DNA of 63,474 nucleotides from Clostridia bacterium (GTDB taxonomy: Bacteria > Bacillota > Clostridia > RUG12999): assembly GCA_045546415.1 (NCBI GenBank), contig JAZQCS010000121.1:1-63474 (forward strand), given 5' to 3'. A model generated the notes under the pieces. It ran no database searches and was not told the DNA's origin. It saw only the letters and a list, made by a program, of their open reading frames with translations. The translations under genes and the position numbers were made by a program. Shown here in pieces: positions 37,727 through 46,033 of the stretch; within the stretch, counting starts at the first letter, position 1, and each line of letters opens with the position of its first letter.

Positions 37727-39604
37727 TTATTCGGGTATTTTGCGGTCGTAAAGCAATGTGGCAATAAGCACCACAAAAACGGAACCGGCATTGTGTACGA
37801 GTGCACCGGTGGTGGGGTTAAGCACATTCAGTACCGAAAGCACAATGGCAACAAGATTTATTATTAGAGAAAGGCTTATGCTGAAACCTATTGTTTTAAG
37901 GGTTGCCATTGAGAGCCGTTTAAGGTAGGGCAGCTTGCCGATATCATCTGTCATAAGAGCAATGTCGGAACAGTCAAGCGCAATGTCACTTCCCATTGCA
38001 CCCATTGCCACACCAACCGAGGCGGTTTTAAGTGCGGGAGCGTCGTTAACACCGTCTCCTACCATACATACTTTTTTACCATCTGCCTGAAAATCTGTTA
38101 TTTTCTGTGCTTTATCCTCCGGCAAAAGCTCACCGTAAACCTTTTCAATGTTTACCTGAGAGGCAAAATATTCAGCGGATTTTGTGTTGTCACCGGTAAG
38201 GAGTACAACCTGGGTTTTAAGTGCTTTAAGCTTTGAAACGGCAATGTTGCAGTCCGGCTTTAAGGTGTCCGAAAGACCTATAATTCCAAGCACCTGACCG
38301 TTTTCGCAAACAAATACGGAGGCCTTGCCCTGAGCTCTCAGTTTTTCTGCGTAGCAGACGGAGGCTTCTGTGAATACACACCCTTTTGATGTGATAAATT
38401 TCTCGTTACCGCAAACAATTTCCCTGCCTGAAACTGAGGCTGTAACGCCCCTGCCTGCTTCCATAAAGAAGCTTTGTGGGGCAGAGAAGGAAACAGCGTT
38501 TTCCTTTACATAGGCTACAATTGCCCGGGCTAATGGATGCTCGCTTTTCATTTCAGCACTTGCTGTAACAGAAAGAAGCTCCGTTTCTGAAATATTATCC
38601 GAAAGCAGAATAACATCACTTACAGAAAGCCTGCCTGTGGAAATTGTACCGGTTTTGTCAAAGGCAACAACATCCGCCTTGCCCATTTTTTCAAGAGCTT
38701 CGCCGGATTTTATAATTATACCGTGTTTTGTTGCCTGACCTATAGCCGCCATAATGGCTGTGGGAGTTGCAAGCACAAGGGCGCAGGGACAGAAAACAAC
38801 AAGTATTGTTACAGCCCTTACGGGGTCGCGGGTTATAATGAATACAATTATTGCAATAAGCAGAGCCACAGGCACAAGGTAGCTTGCCCATTTATCAGCA
38901 GTTCTCTGCATGGGAGCTTTTTTGTCCTCTGCTTCTTTAACCAGGCGGATAAGCTTTGCAAGTGAGCTGTTTTCTCCAACCTTTGTTGCACATATATCCA
39001 CAGAACCGAAACGGTTTATTGTTCCGCAGAATACCTCATCACCTGCCGATTTATCAACAGGCAGAGCTTCACCGGTCATAACCGACTGGTCAATTGAGGT
39101 TTCACCGGAAACAATGGTGCCGTCCACGGGAATAACCTCACCGGGAAGAATACGCAGAATATCACCTTGCTTAATTTCGGAAACCTCTATGATTTTTTCT
39201 TCACCGTCCGCTATAAGTCTGCCGGTTTCAGGGGTAAGAGAAATAAGCTTTTTCAAGCCTTTTTTTGCGCGGTCGGTGGTTTTATCCTCCAGAATTTCGC
39301 CAATTGCCATTATGAAGGCAACCTCACCGGCCGCAAAAAGGTCTCCTATAATTATTGCTGAAATCATTGCAATTGATATAAGAAGGGCTGAGGAAATTTT
39401 CGAGATGCCCCGGTTTTTTATAATGCGTTTTATTGCAAGCCATAAAAGAGGAATGCCCGAAATTGCCACAGATACCCAGGCGGGGTCAAGGGGGAGAGCA
39501 ACACCCAACCTTGGTAAAACAAAGCTAAGCACAAGAAAAATACCGCTGATTATTGTCAAAGGTATTGAAGTGAGCTTTTCCATAAATTCAGAAATCTGTT
39601 CCAT
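37727..39604 (-). CDS. P1B-type heavy-metal-translocating ATPase without an N-terminal HMA domain
   Basis: TGE, CPC (VFCPCALVLATP), DKTGT and GDGVNDAP motifs. ATG at 39604 lies about 6 nt after GGTGA. No GMxCxxC domain. Confidence 0.9.
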   Translation of the reverse strand: MEQISEFMEKLTSIPLTIISGIFLVLSFVLPRLGVALPLDPAWVSVAISGIPLLWLAIKRIIKNRGISKISSALLISIAMISAIIIGDLFAAGEVAFIMAIGEILEDKTTDRAKKGLKKLISLTPETGRLIADGEEKIIEVSEIKQGDILRILPGEVIPVDGTIVSGETSIDQSVMTGEALPVDKSAGDEVFCGTINRFGSVDICATKVGENSSLAKLIRLVKEAEDKKAPMQRTADKWASYLVPVALLIAIIVFIITRDPVRAVTILVVFCPCALVLATPTAIMAAIGQATKHGIIIKSGEALEKMGKADVVAFDKTGTISTGRLSVSDVILLSDNISETELLSVTASAEMKSEHPLARAIVAYVKENAVSFSAPQSFFMEAGRGVTASVSGREIVCGNEKFITSKGCVFTEASVCYAEKLRAQGKASVFVCENGQVLGIIGLSDTLKPDCNIAVSKLKALKTQVVLLTGDNTKSAEYFASQVNIEKVYGELLPEDKAQKITDFQADGKKVCMVGDGVNDAPALKTASVGVAMGAMGSDIALDCSDIALMTDDIGKLPYLKRLSMATLKTIGFSISLSLIINLVAIVLSVLNVLNPTTGALVHNAGSVFVVLIATLLYDRKIPE

Positions 39605-39632
39605 TAAAATCACCTGATTCACAAAGAGATTA

Positions 39633-39654
39633 ATACCTATAGGGGTATAGGTAT
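39633..39654 (-). promoter_or_regulatory. CsoR-type operator (9-bp inverted repeat around a G4/C4 tract)
   Basis: atacctata-gggg-tataggtat sits immediately downstream of the -10 of the ATPase promoter. It resembles the B. subtilis copZA operator architecture (TACC..GGGGTA). Confidence 0.65.
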
Positions 39655-39683
39655 ATTATATACCAATAAAAGTGTTTTGTCAA
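39655..39683 (-). promoter_or_regulatory. Sigma-A promoter of the ATPase gene
   Basis: Minus strand reads TTGACA (39683-39678), a 17-nt spacer, then TATAAT (39660-39655). Confidence 0.75.
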
Positions 39684-39763
39684 GAGAAAATTTAAAATGT
39701 GTTGCTTGTTTGTAAATTATAATCATAGCAGCCTCCGTGAAAAACACGAAGGCTGCTGCTCTG

Positions 39764-40039
39764 CTATTTCATATTTGCAAACCTGTCCACGGCTTTTGTG
39801 AAGCTTTCAATGGTTTTTTCTGCGTCTCCGTGCTCTAAGCCGTCGCGGACACAATGACGGATATGCCCCTCAAGCACCACCTGGCCTGCCTTATGCAGGG
39901 CGGATTTTGCGGCGTTTATCTGTGAAAGCACATCCTCACAGGGAACATCTTCATCAACAAGACGGTCAATTGCCTGAACCTGACCGATTATTTTTTTCAG
40001 CCTTCTGTGAAGGTTTTCGGTATCCATACATTTTTTCAT
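39764..40039 (-). CDS. csoR: CsoR/RcnR-family metal-sensing repressor (x-C-H-C fingerprint)
   Basis: 91 aa. L.RLKKI.GQV..I; Cys in PCEDVL, and H-x3-C in GHIRHC. Confidence 0.85.
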   Translation of the reverse strand: MKKCMDTENLHRRLKKIIGQVQAIDRLVDEDVPCEDVLSQINAAKSALHKAGQVVLEGHIRHCVRDGLEHGDAEKTIESFTKAVDRFANMK

Positions 40040-40121
40040 TGTGACCGCCTCCGGAATATTTTCTTCATTTCTATTATATACTTTAACAGAAGGTTTGTCA
40101 AGAAAAAACTTGAATACTCAT

Positions 40122-40226
40122 GAGATTCTTCGGTCAAAGTTAAACCGCAGGTTTTACTTTTTCCTCAGAATGACAGGCAGAGGAGAAAACTTTGCGTATG
40201 TCATTCTGAATCCGAAGGATGATCTC
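40122..40226. repeat. Palindromic intergenic repeat of the widespread GTCATyCTGA..CGAAG..GAAGGATC type, copy 1
   Basis: gagattcttcgg ... cctcagaatgac ... gtcattctgaatccgaaggatgatctc. The arms are mutually complementary. It translates to the familiar LRMT / VILN..KD pseudo-peptides. Confidence 0.6.
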
Positions 40227-40251
40227 TGCAAGAAAAAATTTAAAAAAATAC

Positions 40252-40280
40252 TTGACAAAGCAAAAAATCTGTGGTATAAT
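40252..40280 (+). promoter_or_regulatory. Sigma-A promoter of the infC operon
   Basis: TTGACA (40252-40257), a 17-nt spacer, then TATAAT (40275-40280). Confidence 0.8.
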
Positions 40281-40286
40281 CCTTAG

Positions 40287-40426
40287 GTAAACAAGCAGAG
40301 GTTTTCGTCTCTCGCCTGCCGCAAATAAGCGGAGGGCAAATATTTCGGTGTTTCCCGTAAGGGGAATGCTGCGGTATTTTGAGGCGGAAATTTTTTCCGG
40401 CTCAATTTTTTTTGGAGGTGTTGAAC
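40287..40426 (+). promoter_or_regulatory. Ribosomal protein L20-type leader (infC-rpmI-rplT attenuator)
   Basis: Sits between the promoter and infC. GTAA-capped hairpin ttccc/gggaa (40352-40366). Terminator-like stem gaggcggaaa/tttccggctc (40381-40403) followed by T8 (40406-40413) just before the RBS. Family assignment is by position and architecture only. Confidence 0.5.
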
Positions 40427-40936
40427 ATAGCTAAGGAGCTTTTAATCAACGATGAAATCAAACATAAGGAAATAAGGGTTGTCGGTGAGGACGGCAGTCA
40501 GCTGGGTATAATGTCAGCAGCTGAGGCACTTAAAATTGCTGATGATAAAAACCTTGACCTTGTAGAAATTGCTCCCCAGGCAAAACCGCCCGTATGTCGC
40601 ATTATGGACTACGGAAAGTTCCGTTTTGACCAGGCAAAAAGAGAAAAGGAAACCCGTAAGAATCAGAAGGTTGTAAGCGTTAAGGAAGTGAGACTCACTC
40701 CTTCAATTGATGTTGGCGACTTTGAAACCAAGGTTAAGCAGGCAAGAAAGTTCATCCAGTCCGGTGATAAGGTTAAGGTTGCACTTCGTTTCAGAGGAAG
40801 AGAGCTTGCTCATACCGAAATCGGAGCCCCCCTTCTTGATAAGTTTGCGAAAAGCTTTGAAGACATTGCAGTTGTTGACAAGGCGCCAAAAATGGAAGGC
40901 AAGAGCATGGTAATGTTCCTGTCACCCAAACAGTAA
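40427..40936 (+). CDS. infC: Translation initiation factor IF-3 (non-canonical ATA start)
   Basis: IAKELLINDEI...IRVVGEDGSQLGI... GGAGG (40414-40418) lies 8 nt before the in-frame ATA at 40427. IF-3 genes classically use AUU/AUA starts. Confidence 0.9.
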   Translation: MAKELLINDEIKHKEIRVVGEDGSQLGIMSAAEALKIADDKNLDLVEIAPQAKPPVCRIMDYGKFRFDQAKREKETRKNQKVVSVKEVRLTPSIDVGDFETKVKQARKFIQSGDKVKVALRFRGRELAHTEIGAPLLDKFAKSFEDIAVVDKAPKMEGKSMVMFLSPKQ

Positions 40937-41020
40937 AACCGTATATGAATTACAGAAGATAAGCTTTTTGTTTTCTGAATTTCACATAAAAAGTAAAATT
41001 TCTGAGAGGAGAGAAAAAAT

Positions 41021-41218
41021 ATGCCTAAAATAAAGACACACAGAGGCGCAGCTAAGAGATTCAATCTCACCAAGAACGGTAAAGTTAAGAAGAATCACGC
41101 CGGAAGACGTCACATTCTTACAAAGAAGACAACAAAGAGAAAACGCGGACTCAGAAAGATGAGCTACGCAGTTCCTGCAAATGCAGCAGTAATTAAGAAG
41201 TTAATTCCCTATAAATAA
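41021..41218 (+). CDS. rpmI: 50S ribosomal protein L35
   Basis: [14 protein letters not shown]... Confidence 0.95.
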   Translation: MPKIKTHRGAAKRFNLTKNGKVKKNHAGRRHILTKKTTKRKRGLRKMSYAVPANAAVIKKLIPYK

Positions 41219-41237
41219 TTGAGGAGGTTGAGTTTAA

Positions 41238-41591
41238 ATGGCAAGAGTTAAAGACGCACTCGCTACAAGAAAAAGACGCAAAAAAGTATTAAAGCTTGCA
41301 AAAGGTTATTTTGGCGGCAAATCCAGACTTTATAAAACAGCTAACGAACAGGTAATGAAATCCCTTGTATATGCATACATCGGCAGAAAGCAGAAAAAGC
41401 GTGACTTCAGAAAGCTTTGGATTACCCGTATCAGTGCAGCTGCAAAAATCAACGGTATGAACTATTCTACATTTATGCACGGTCTTAAAAAAGCCGGCAT
41501 CACCATGAACAGAAAGGTTCTTTCTGAAATGGCTATTAACGATGCAGCAGCTTTTGCAGCACTTTGCGAAACAGCTAAAAAGGCTCTTTAA
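41238..41591 (+). CDS. rplT: 50S ribosomal protein L20
   Basis: MARVK....[16 protein letters not shown]... Confidence 0.95.
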   Translation: MARVKDALATRKRRKKVLKLAKGYFGGKSRLYKTANEQVMKSLVYAYIGRKQKKRDFRKLWITRISAAAKINGMNYSTFMHGLKKAGITMNRKVLSEMAINDAAAFAALCETAKKAL

Positions 41592-41602
41592 GAGTAAAAG
41601 TG

Positions 41603-41635
41603 AACCCTTCTCTTTGTGAGAAGGGTTATTTTTTT
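41603..41635 (+). terminator. Intrinsic terminator of the infC operon
   Basis: aacccttctc-tttgt-gagaagggtt followed by attttttt. It overlaps the 3' end of the convergent XRE gene. Confidence 0.85.
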
Positions 41636-41961
41636 AATATTTTACCATCCTTTATTCCCGATGTGATTTCACGGATTATTCCTGTTATGAAATTAATTTC
41701 ATCGGGATTTTTTTCTTTTAGAAGTTTTATTATTTCATTGTATGAATTTTCCGGACTTACCTTACCAACTATGGTGTCAATGGTCGTACCAAGTGCAACA
41801 GAAAGCTTATAAACGGTTTCAAGACTAGGTTTACGGACAGAAGTTTCAATTTGACTAATAAAGACCGTGGATACATCTATTTTTTCTGCAAGTTGCTCCT
41901 GAGTAAGATTATTTTTCTTTCTGAATTTTGATATGTTCTTACCGATTAACTTATAATCCAT
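41626..41961 (-). CDS. XRE-family HTH transcriptional regulator
   Basis: IGKNISKFRKKNNLTQEQLAEKIDVSTVFISQIE HTH_3 pattern. ATG at 41961 follows AGGTGA. Confidence 0.8.
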   Translation of the reverse strand: MDYKLIGKNISKFRKKNNLTQEQLAEKIDVSTVFISQIETSVRKPSLETVYKLSVALGTTIDTIVGKVSPENSYNEIIKLLKEKNPDEINFITGIIREITSGIKDGKILKK

Positions 41962-42115
41962 ACATTTCACCTCTCTTTATATAGTATAACCCATATTTGC
42001 TTACAGTTTAATATGCTATTAGTTAAATAAAATTAGCCAATAGTATTGACAAGTGAATGGGGGTGTGTTATACTTTATTAAGTTAAAATATTAAATAAAT
42101 TTTGGAGGGTTGGTC

Positions 42116-43780
42116 ATGAATAATAAGGCAAAGTTATTAATGTCTTTAGTTTTAACGGCAATATTGATTTGTGTATTTGCAGTTTGTGGAAGTGCAAATA
42201 CAAGTGGATCTTGTGGGGAAAATCTCAAATGGGAATTAAAAAATGGAGTGCTTTCAATAATTGGCGAAGGTGAAATGACGTATTTTGAGGTACCTCAGGA
42301 GGCACCATGGTGTTTTAATGAGCAGATTACGGAGCTTAATATAGAAGATGGTGTAACTGCAATAGGCGGATTTGGAGGCTTGCCTGCTCTTAAAAGAGTA
42401 AACATTCCGAAAACAGTAACACAGATACAACCGAATGCGTTTAGAGATTGTAGTGAGCTTGCGGATATTAGCATCCCGGACGGAGTAACTTTTATTGGAG
42501 AAAATGCCTTTGCCGAATGCGAAAAGCTTATCAACATAAATATTCCGCAAAGTGTAACGATAATACAAAAAAATGCGTTTTATAATACCGGATACTTAAA
42601 TGATGAAATGAATAATGTTGACGGAGCTTTTTATCTTGATAATTGCTTAATTAGTATAGCAGACGAAGCTGATAAAAATTTTGTGATACAGAATGGGACA
42701 AGAATGGTGGCAGACGAAACCTTTGCCTTCTTTGAGAATCTCGAATCAGTTGTAATTCCGAGTAGTGTAGAAGTAATAGGGGATGCAGCTTTTTTTGAGT
42801 GTGAAAATCTTGAATATGCGTATTACGAAGGATTGAAAAACGAATGGGAAAAGGTAAAGGTGGGTGTTAGCAATGTAGCACTCATCAATAATATCTGGTT
42901 TACAAAAGACGGAATTAAATGGAGATTATGTGAAGGAATATTGACAGTTGATGGAATGGATGGGATGGAAGGATGGACAGAGAAGGATATTCCGTGGAAA
43001 GATGAAAAAGGAAAAATAAAAAAGTTAATAGTAGCTGAAGGTATTACTGTTATAGGTATTAGTGCATTTATGGATTGTACAGAACTTGAAGAAATTAGCC
43101 TGCCAAATAGCTTGAATAAAATAAAAGCCCATGCTTTCAATAATTGTTCGAAACTTAGTAATGTTGATATTCCCGTAGGTGTAAATATTTATTACTCGGC
43201 ATTCAGAAACTGTACAGGGCTAAAAGAACTGATTATTCCTGAAGGAGTACGATTTATCGAATACGCCGCTTTTGCAGGATGTAGCGGATTGGAAAAGGTC
43301 ACCTTGCCTAAGAGCTTAAGCCAAATTGATGGTTTGCTTTTTGGAAACTGTACTGCATTAAAAGATATATATCTTCCTGAAGGAATTAAAATAATAGGCG
43401 AAATGGCCTTTAGCGGATGTACGAATCTTGAAAAAATAGTATTTCCGGAAAGTTTGAACCTTGTAAAAACTGGTGCTTTTACAGGTTCGGGAATTACTGA
43501 TGTATACTATAATGGGACAAAAAGATCCTGGGAAAAAATACAGGGCAGTGATCTTATAAATGCAGAAATACACTTTTTAAAAATTTTAGGGGATGCCGAT
43601 ATGGATGAAAGAGTTTCGGTTTTTGATGCAGTTACCATTCTCAAATATGTTGCCGGCATTGAAGAACTTAACCCGGAACAAATAGCACTTTGCGACATAA
43701 ATTGTGACAATGACCTGACAGTTTCTGATGCGGTTGAAGTGCTGAAATATGTTGCTAGATTGATTACGGATTTTCAATGA
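42116..43780 (+). CDS. Secreted BspA-type leucine-rich-repeat protein with a C-terminal type-I dockerin
   Basis: Signal peptide. Repeated I(P/S)..V..I...AF..C..L LRR_5 units. C-terminal duplicated Ca-binding loops GDADMDERVSVFDAVTILKYV / CDINCDNDLTVSDAVEVLKYV. Confidence 0.85.
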   Translation: MNNKAKLLMSLVLTAILICVFAVCGSANTSGSCGENLKWELKNGVLSIIGEGEMTYFEVPQEAPWCFNEQITELNIEDGVTAIGGFGGLPALKRVNIPKTVTQIQPNAFRDCSELADISIPDGVTFIGENAFAECEKLININIPQSVTIIQKNAFYNTGYLNDEMNNVDGAFYLDNCLISIADEADKNFVIQNGTRMVADETFAFFENLESVVIPSSVEVIGDAAFFECENLEYAYYEGLKNEWEKVKVGVSNVALINNIWFTKDGIKWRLCEGILTVDGMDGMEGWTEKDIPWKDEKGKIKKLIVAEGITVIGISAFMDCTELEEISLPNSLNKIKAHAFNNCSKLSNVDIPVGVNIYYSAFRNCTGLKELIIPEGVRFIEYAAFAGCSGLEKVTLPKSLSQIDGLLFGNCTALKDIYLPEGIKIIGEMAFSGCTNLEKIVFPESLNLVKTGAFTGSGITDVYYNGTKRSWEKIQGSDLINAEIHFLKILGDADMDERVSVFDAVTILKYVAGIEELNPEQIALCDINCDNDLTVSDAVEVLKYVARLITDFQ

Positions 43781-43849
43781 AAATTCCGGTTCAAGAACCA
43801 ATATTGATGCATCCTGTGGAAACCGAAAAAATTTTTTTTGCGAAAACTA

Positions 43850-43878
43850 TTGACAACCGGCAAAAAAAGTGCTAAAAT
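43850..43878 (+). promoter_or_regulatory. Consensus-like sigma-A promoter (upstream of a second one)
   Basis: TTGACA (43850-43855), a 17-nt spacer, then TAAAAT (43873-43878). Confidence 0.55.
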
Positions 43879-43997
43879 TAATATCACCACAACAAAATTT
43901 GCTGTCGAGGCGGGGGTCTTAGCGTTAGTGCAGGGTCTTCGTCTTTTTTTATGAAAAAAAACGCTGTGAACATTTTGTTAAATCGCGGTGAAAAAGC

Positions 43998-44026
43998 TTG
44001 ACATCTGTGGTAAATTGGTGTATAAT
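43998..44026 (+). promoter_or_regulatory. Sigma-A promoter of the 44079 gene
   Basis: TTGACA (43998-44003), a 17-nt spacer, then TATAAT (44021-44026). Confidence 0.7.
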
Positions 44027-44078
44027 CTAAAATAGTTTGTTTAACTTAATTTAAATAAAAAAGAAATGAGGTCTTAAA

Positions 44079-44771
44079 ATGGATCAGGAAAAAAACTTAA
44101 ATGAAGAAATACTTGAAACAGCTGAAGAAGCTGTTGAAACAGTAGAAGAGGTAGTTGAAGAAGCTGCAGAGGTAGTTGAAGAGGTTGCCGAAACAGTTGA
44201 AGAGGTTGAGGAAAAGGTTCGTCCCGTTGTTTATGACGATTTTTCCGAAGAAGAAGCTCCTGCACCTGAAAAGAAGGAGAAAAAGGGTGTTGGTTTTGGC
44301 GGTCTTGCTGTTTCAACAATTGTTTCATCCGCTATTTCAGTTGTTGTAACTCTTGTAATTTTGTTCTTTATAAACGCTGTTCCTCAGTGGGTTTTCTCTG
44401 CGCAGATTCAGGGCGTATGGGAGTTCCAGGGTATTTACTCCGTAATTGACGGTAAGGATTTTACAATCATTTTACCTAACACACAGACAGGCACCTCTGA
44501 GTATGCCGAGTTTGTATACGAGGTTGAAGAAAACGGTGTTATAAAAGTTTCCGACAAAGATGACTCCACAGGCGGTATGATGGCACAGAGTCTTTTCGGA
44601 ACAAATAAGGTTGAAATTGAAAAGGGCAAAGATACAATCACCTTCCTTGGTATGGAATGGAACAAGGTTGACAAGGAAACAGCAGCAAGTGTTAAGGCAG
44701 ATGTTGAAGCAAACAGAAAGCCTGTAGCAGATAATGAAGCAACTACTGACCTTACCCAGCCTGAAGAATAA
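44079..44771 (+). CDS. Single-pass membrane protein with an acidic E/V/A-rich N-terminal tail; function unknown
   Basis: EEAVETVEEVVEEAAEVVEEVAETVEEVEE low-complexity region, then the TM helix LAVSTIVSSAISVVVTLVILFFI, then a 120-aa extracytoplasmic domain. Confidence 0.7.
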   Translation: MDQEKNLNEEILETAEEAVETVEEVVEEAAEVVEEVAETVEEVEEKVRPVVYDDFSEEEAPAPEKKEKKGVGFGGLAVSTIVSSAISVVVTLVILFFINAVPQWVFSAQIQGVWEFQGIYSVIDGKDFTIILPNTQTGTSEYAEFVYEVEENGVIKVSDKDDSTGGMMAQSLFGTNKVEIEKGKDTITFLGMEWNKVDKETAASVKADVEANRKPVADNEATTDLTQPEE

Positions 44772-44778
44772 TAGCTTT

Positions 44779-44840
44779 AAAAAAATCGCAGAGTTTTTGC
44801 CACAGCCTTACCCGGCTGTGGCATTTTCTGCGATTTTTTT
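44779..44840 (+). terminator. Long two-tier intrinsic terminator
   Basis: Outer stem aaaaatcgcaga/tctgcgattttt, inner stem tgccacagcc/ggctgtggca, with a T-run after. Confidence 0.85.
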
Positions 44841-44850
44841 TGTTTATATA

Positions 44851-44879
44851 TTGACATAGAATTCATTTTGTAGTACAAT
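44851..44879 (+). promoter_or_regulatory. Sigma-A promoter
   Basis: TTGACA (44851-44856), a 17-nt spacer, then TACAAT (44874-44879). Confidence 0.7.
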
Positions 44880-44913
44880 TAGTGCAAACTTGAAAAATTA
44901 AGAGGTGCTTGAA

Positions 44914-46020
44914 ATGAGCGTAACAATTACAGGAAAGCTTCCGGACCCATTTTTAAATGCTGACGGAACCCGTATGACTCCTGAAGAGTGGTACAAAAAC
45001 AGAAACCGTGTTTTTGAAAAAATTTGCGATATAGAGTATGGCGGTATGCCTCCCGTACCTGAGGTTGTAAAGGTGGTAAGACTTACGGCAGGTCGTGAGG
45101 ACGGCGGAGTAAATGTGTACAAAATTTGGGCGGGAACAAAGGAAAAACAACTTTCCTTTAAGCTTGAAATATCTGCACCGCCAAGTAAAATTGACGGCAG
45201 CGTAAGGCATCCTGTGCTTTTGACAGGTGACGGTTGCTACCTTAACTGCGAAAGTGATACCATAGCTTATGCAAAAGCACGGGGATTTGCTGTTGCAGTA
45301 TTTGACCGTCTGGAAGTTGCTCATGATGATATGGCACAGCCACGAGAAGGCGGTGTTTATGACATATATCCCGACTACCCTGATTTTACCGCTATTTCTG
45401 CGTGGGCGTGGGGATATAGGGTGGTTATGGATGCCTTTGAACAGATACCACACATTGACGCGGAAAATGTTGGTATAACAGGTCATTCCCGTGGTGGCAA
45501 AACCGTTATGCTTGCGGCGGCATGGGACGAAAGGATAAAATATGTCTGTCCCAACAACAGCGGATGTCACGGTGCAGTAAGTCACCGACTTAAGGAAACC
45601 GGCTACGGTCACGCAGGTAAAACCGAGGATATAGGCAGTATGGTTAAAATGTTCCCGTTATGGATGGGAAAAAAGCTTAACGATTACATTGACAGGGAAC
45701 AGGAGTTACCTTACGATATGCACTTTTTTGGTGCACTTGTTGCTCCCAGATTTTACATTCAATGCGAGGGTATGCAGGATTACTGGATAAACCCCAAGGG
45801 TGCGTGGATGAACTTTTGTGGTGTAAAAGAAGCATACAGGTACCTCGGATGTGAGGATAATGCAGCTGCCTGGTTCAGACCGGGCATACACAGACAAAAG
45901 CTGCCGGATTTTGAACAGTTTATAAGCTTTATGTCGGACAAAAAGAACGGCAGACCGACTGCGGAACATTTGAAAATAAACCCGTATCCGGAGCTTGAAA
46001 TTGATACCGATTGGGAATAA
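44914..46020 (+). CDS. CE15-like glucuronoyl esterase family protein (alpha/beta hydrolase)
   Basis: GHSRGGKTVMLAAAWDERI resembles the CE15 GCSRxGK nucleophile motif. No signal peptide. Confidence 0.6.
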   Translation: MSVTITGKLPDPFLNADGTRMTPEEWYKNRNRVFEKICDIEYGGMPPVPEVVKVVRLTAGREDGGVNVYKIWAGTKEKQLSFKLEISAPPSKIDGSVRHPVLLTGDGCYLNCESDTIAYAKARGFAVAVFDRLEVAHDDMAQPREGGVYDIYPDYPDFTAISAWAWGYRVVMDAFEQIPHIDAENVGITGHSRGGKTVMLAAAWDERIKYVCPNNSGCHGAVSHRLKETGYGHAGKTEDIGSMVKMFPLWMGKKLNDYIDREQELPYDMHFFGALVAPRFYIQCEGMQDYWINPKGAWMNFCGVKEAYRYLGCEDNAAAWFRPGIHRQKLPDFEQFISFMSDKKNGRPTAEHLKINPYPELEIDTDWE

Positions 46021-46033
46021 GGAGGAAAAAGAT

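Noticed and set aside
38910-39617. A 235-aa plus-strand ORF rich in Ser/Pro/Ile
   Set aside because: It is antisense to the P-type ATPase, whose DKTGT, CPC and GDGVNDAP motifs fix the true frame.
40041-40286. An 81-aa plus-strand ORF, and a similar 65-aa minus-strand ORF at 59461-59658
   Set aside because: They are translations of the palindromic intergenic repeat (LRMT / VILN..KD pseudo-peptides) and of promoter DNA. Neither has an RBS.
43880-43950. A possible small RNA downstream of the consensus promoter at 43850, ending in a T-run at 43944-43950
   Set aside because: I could not find a convincing terminator stem. The two gggtctt copies are direct, not inverted. This is more likely a tandem upstream promoter for the 44079 gene.
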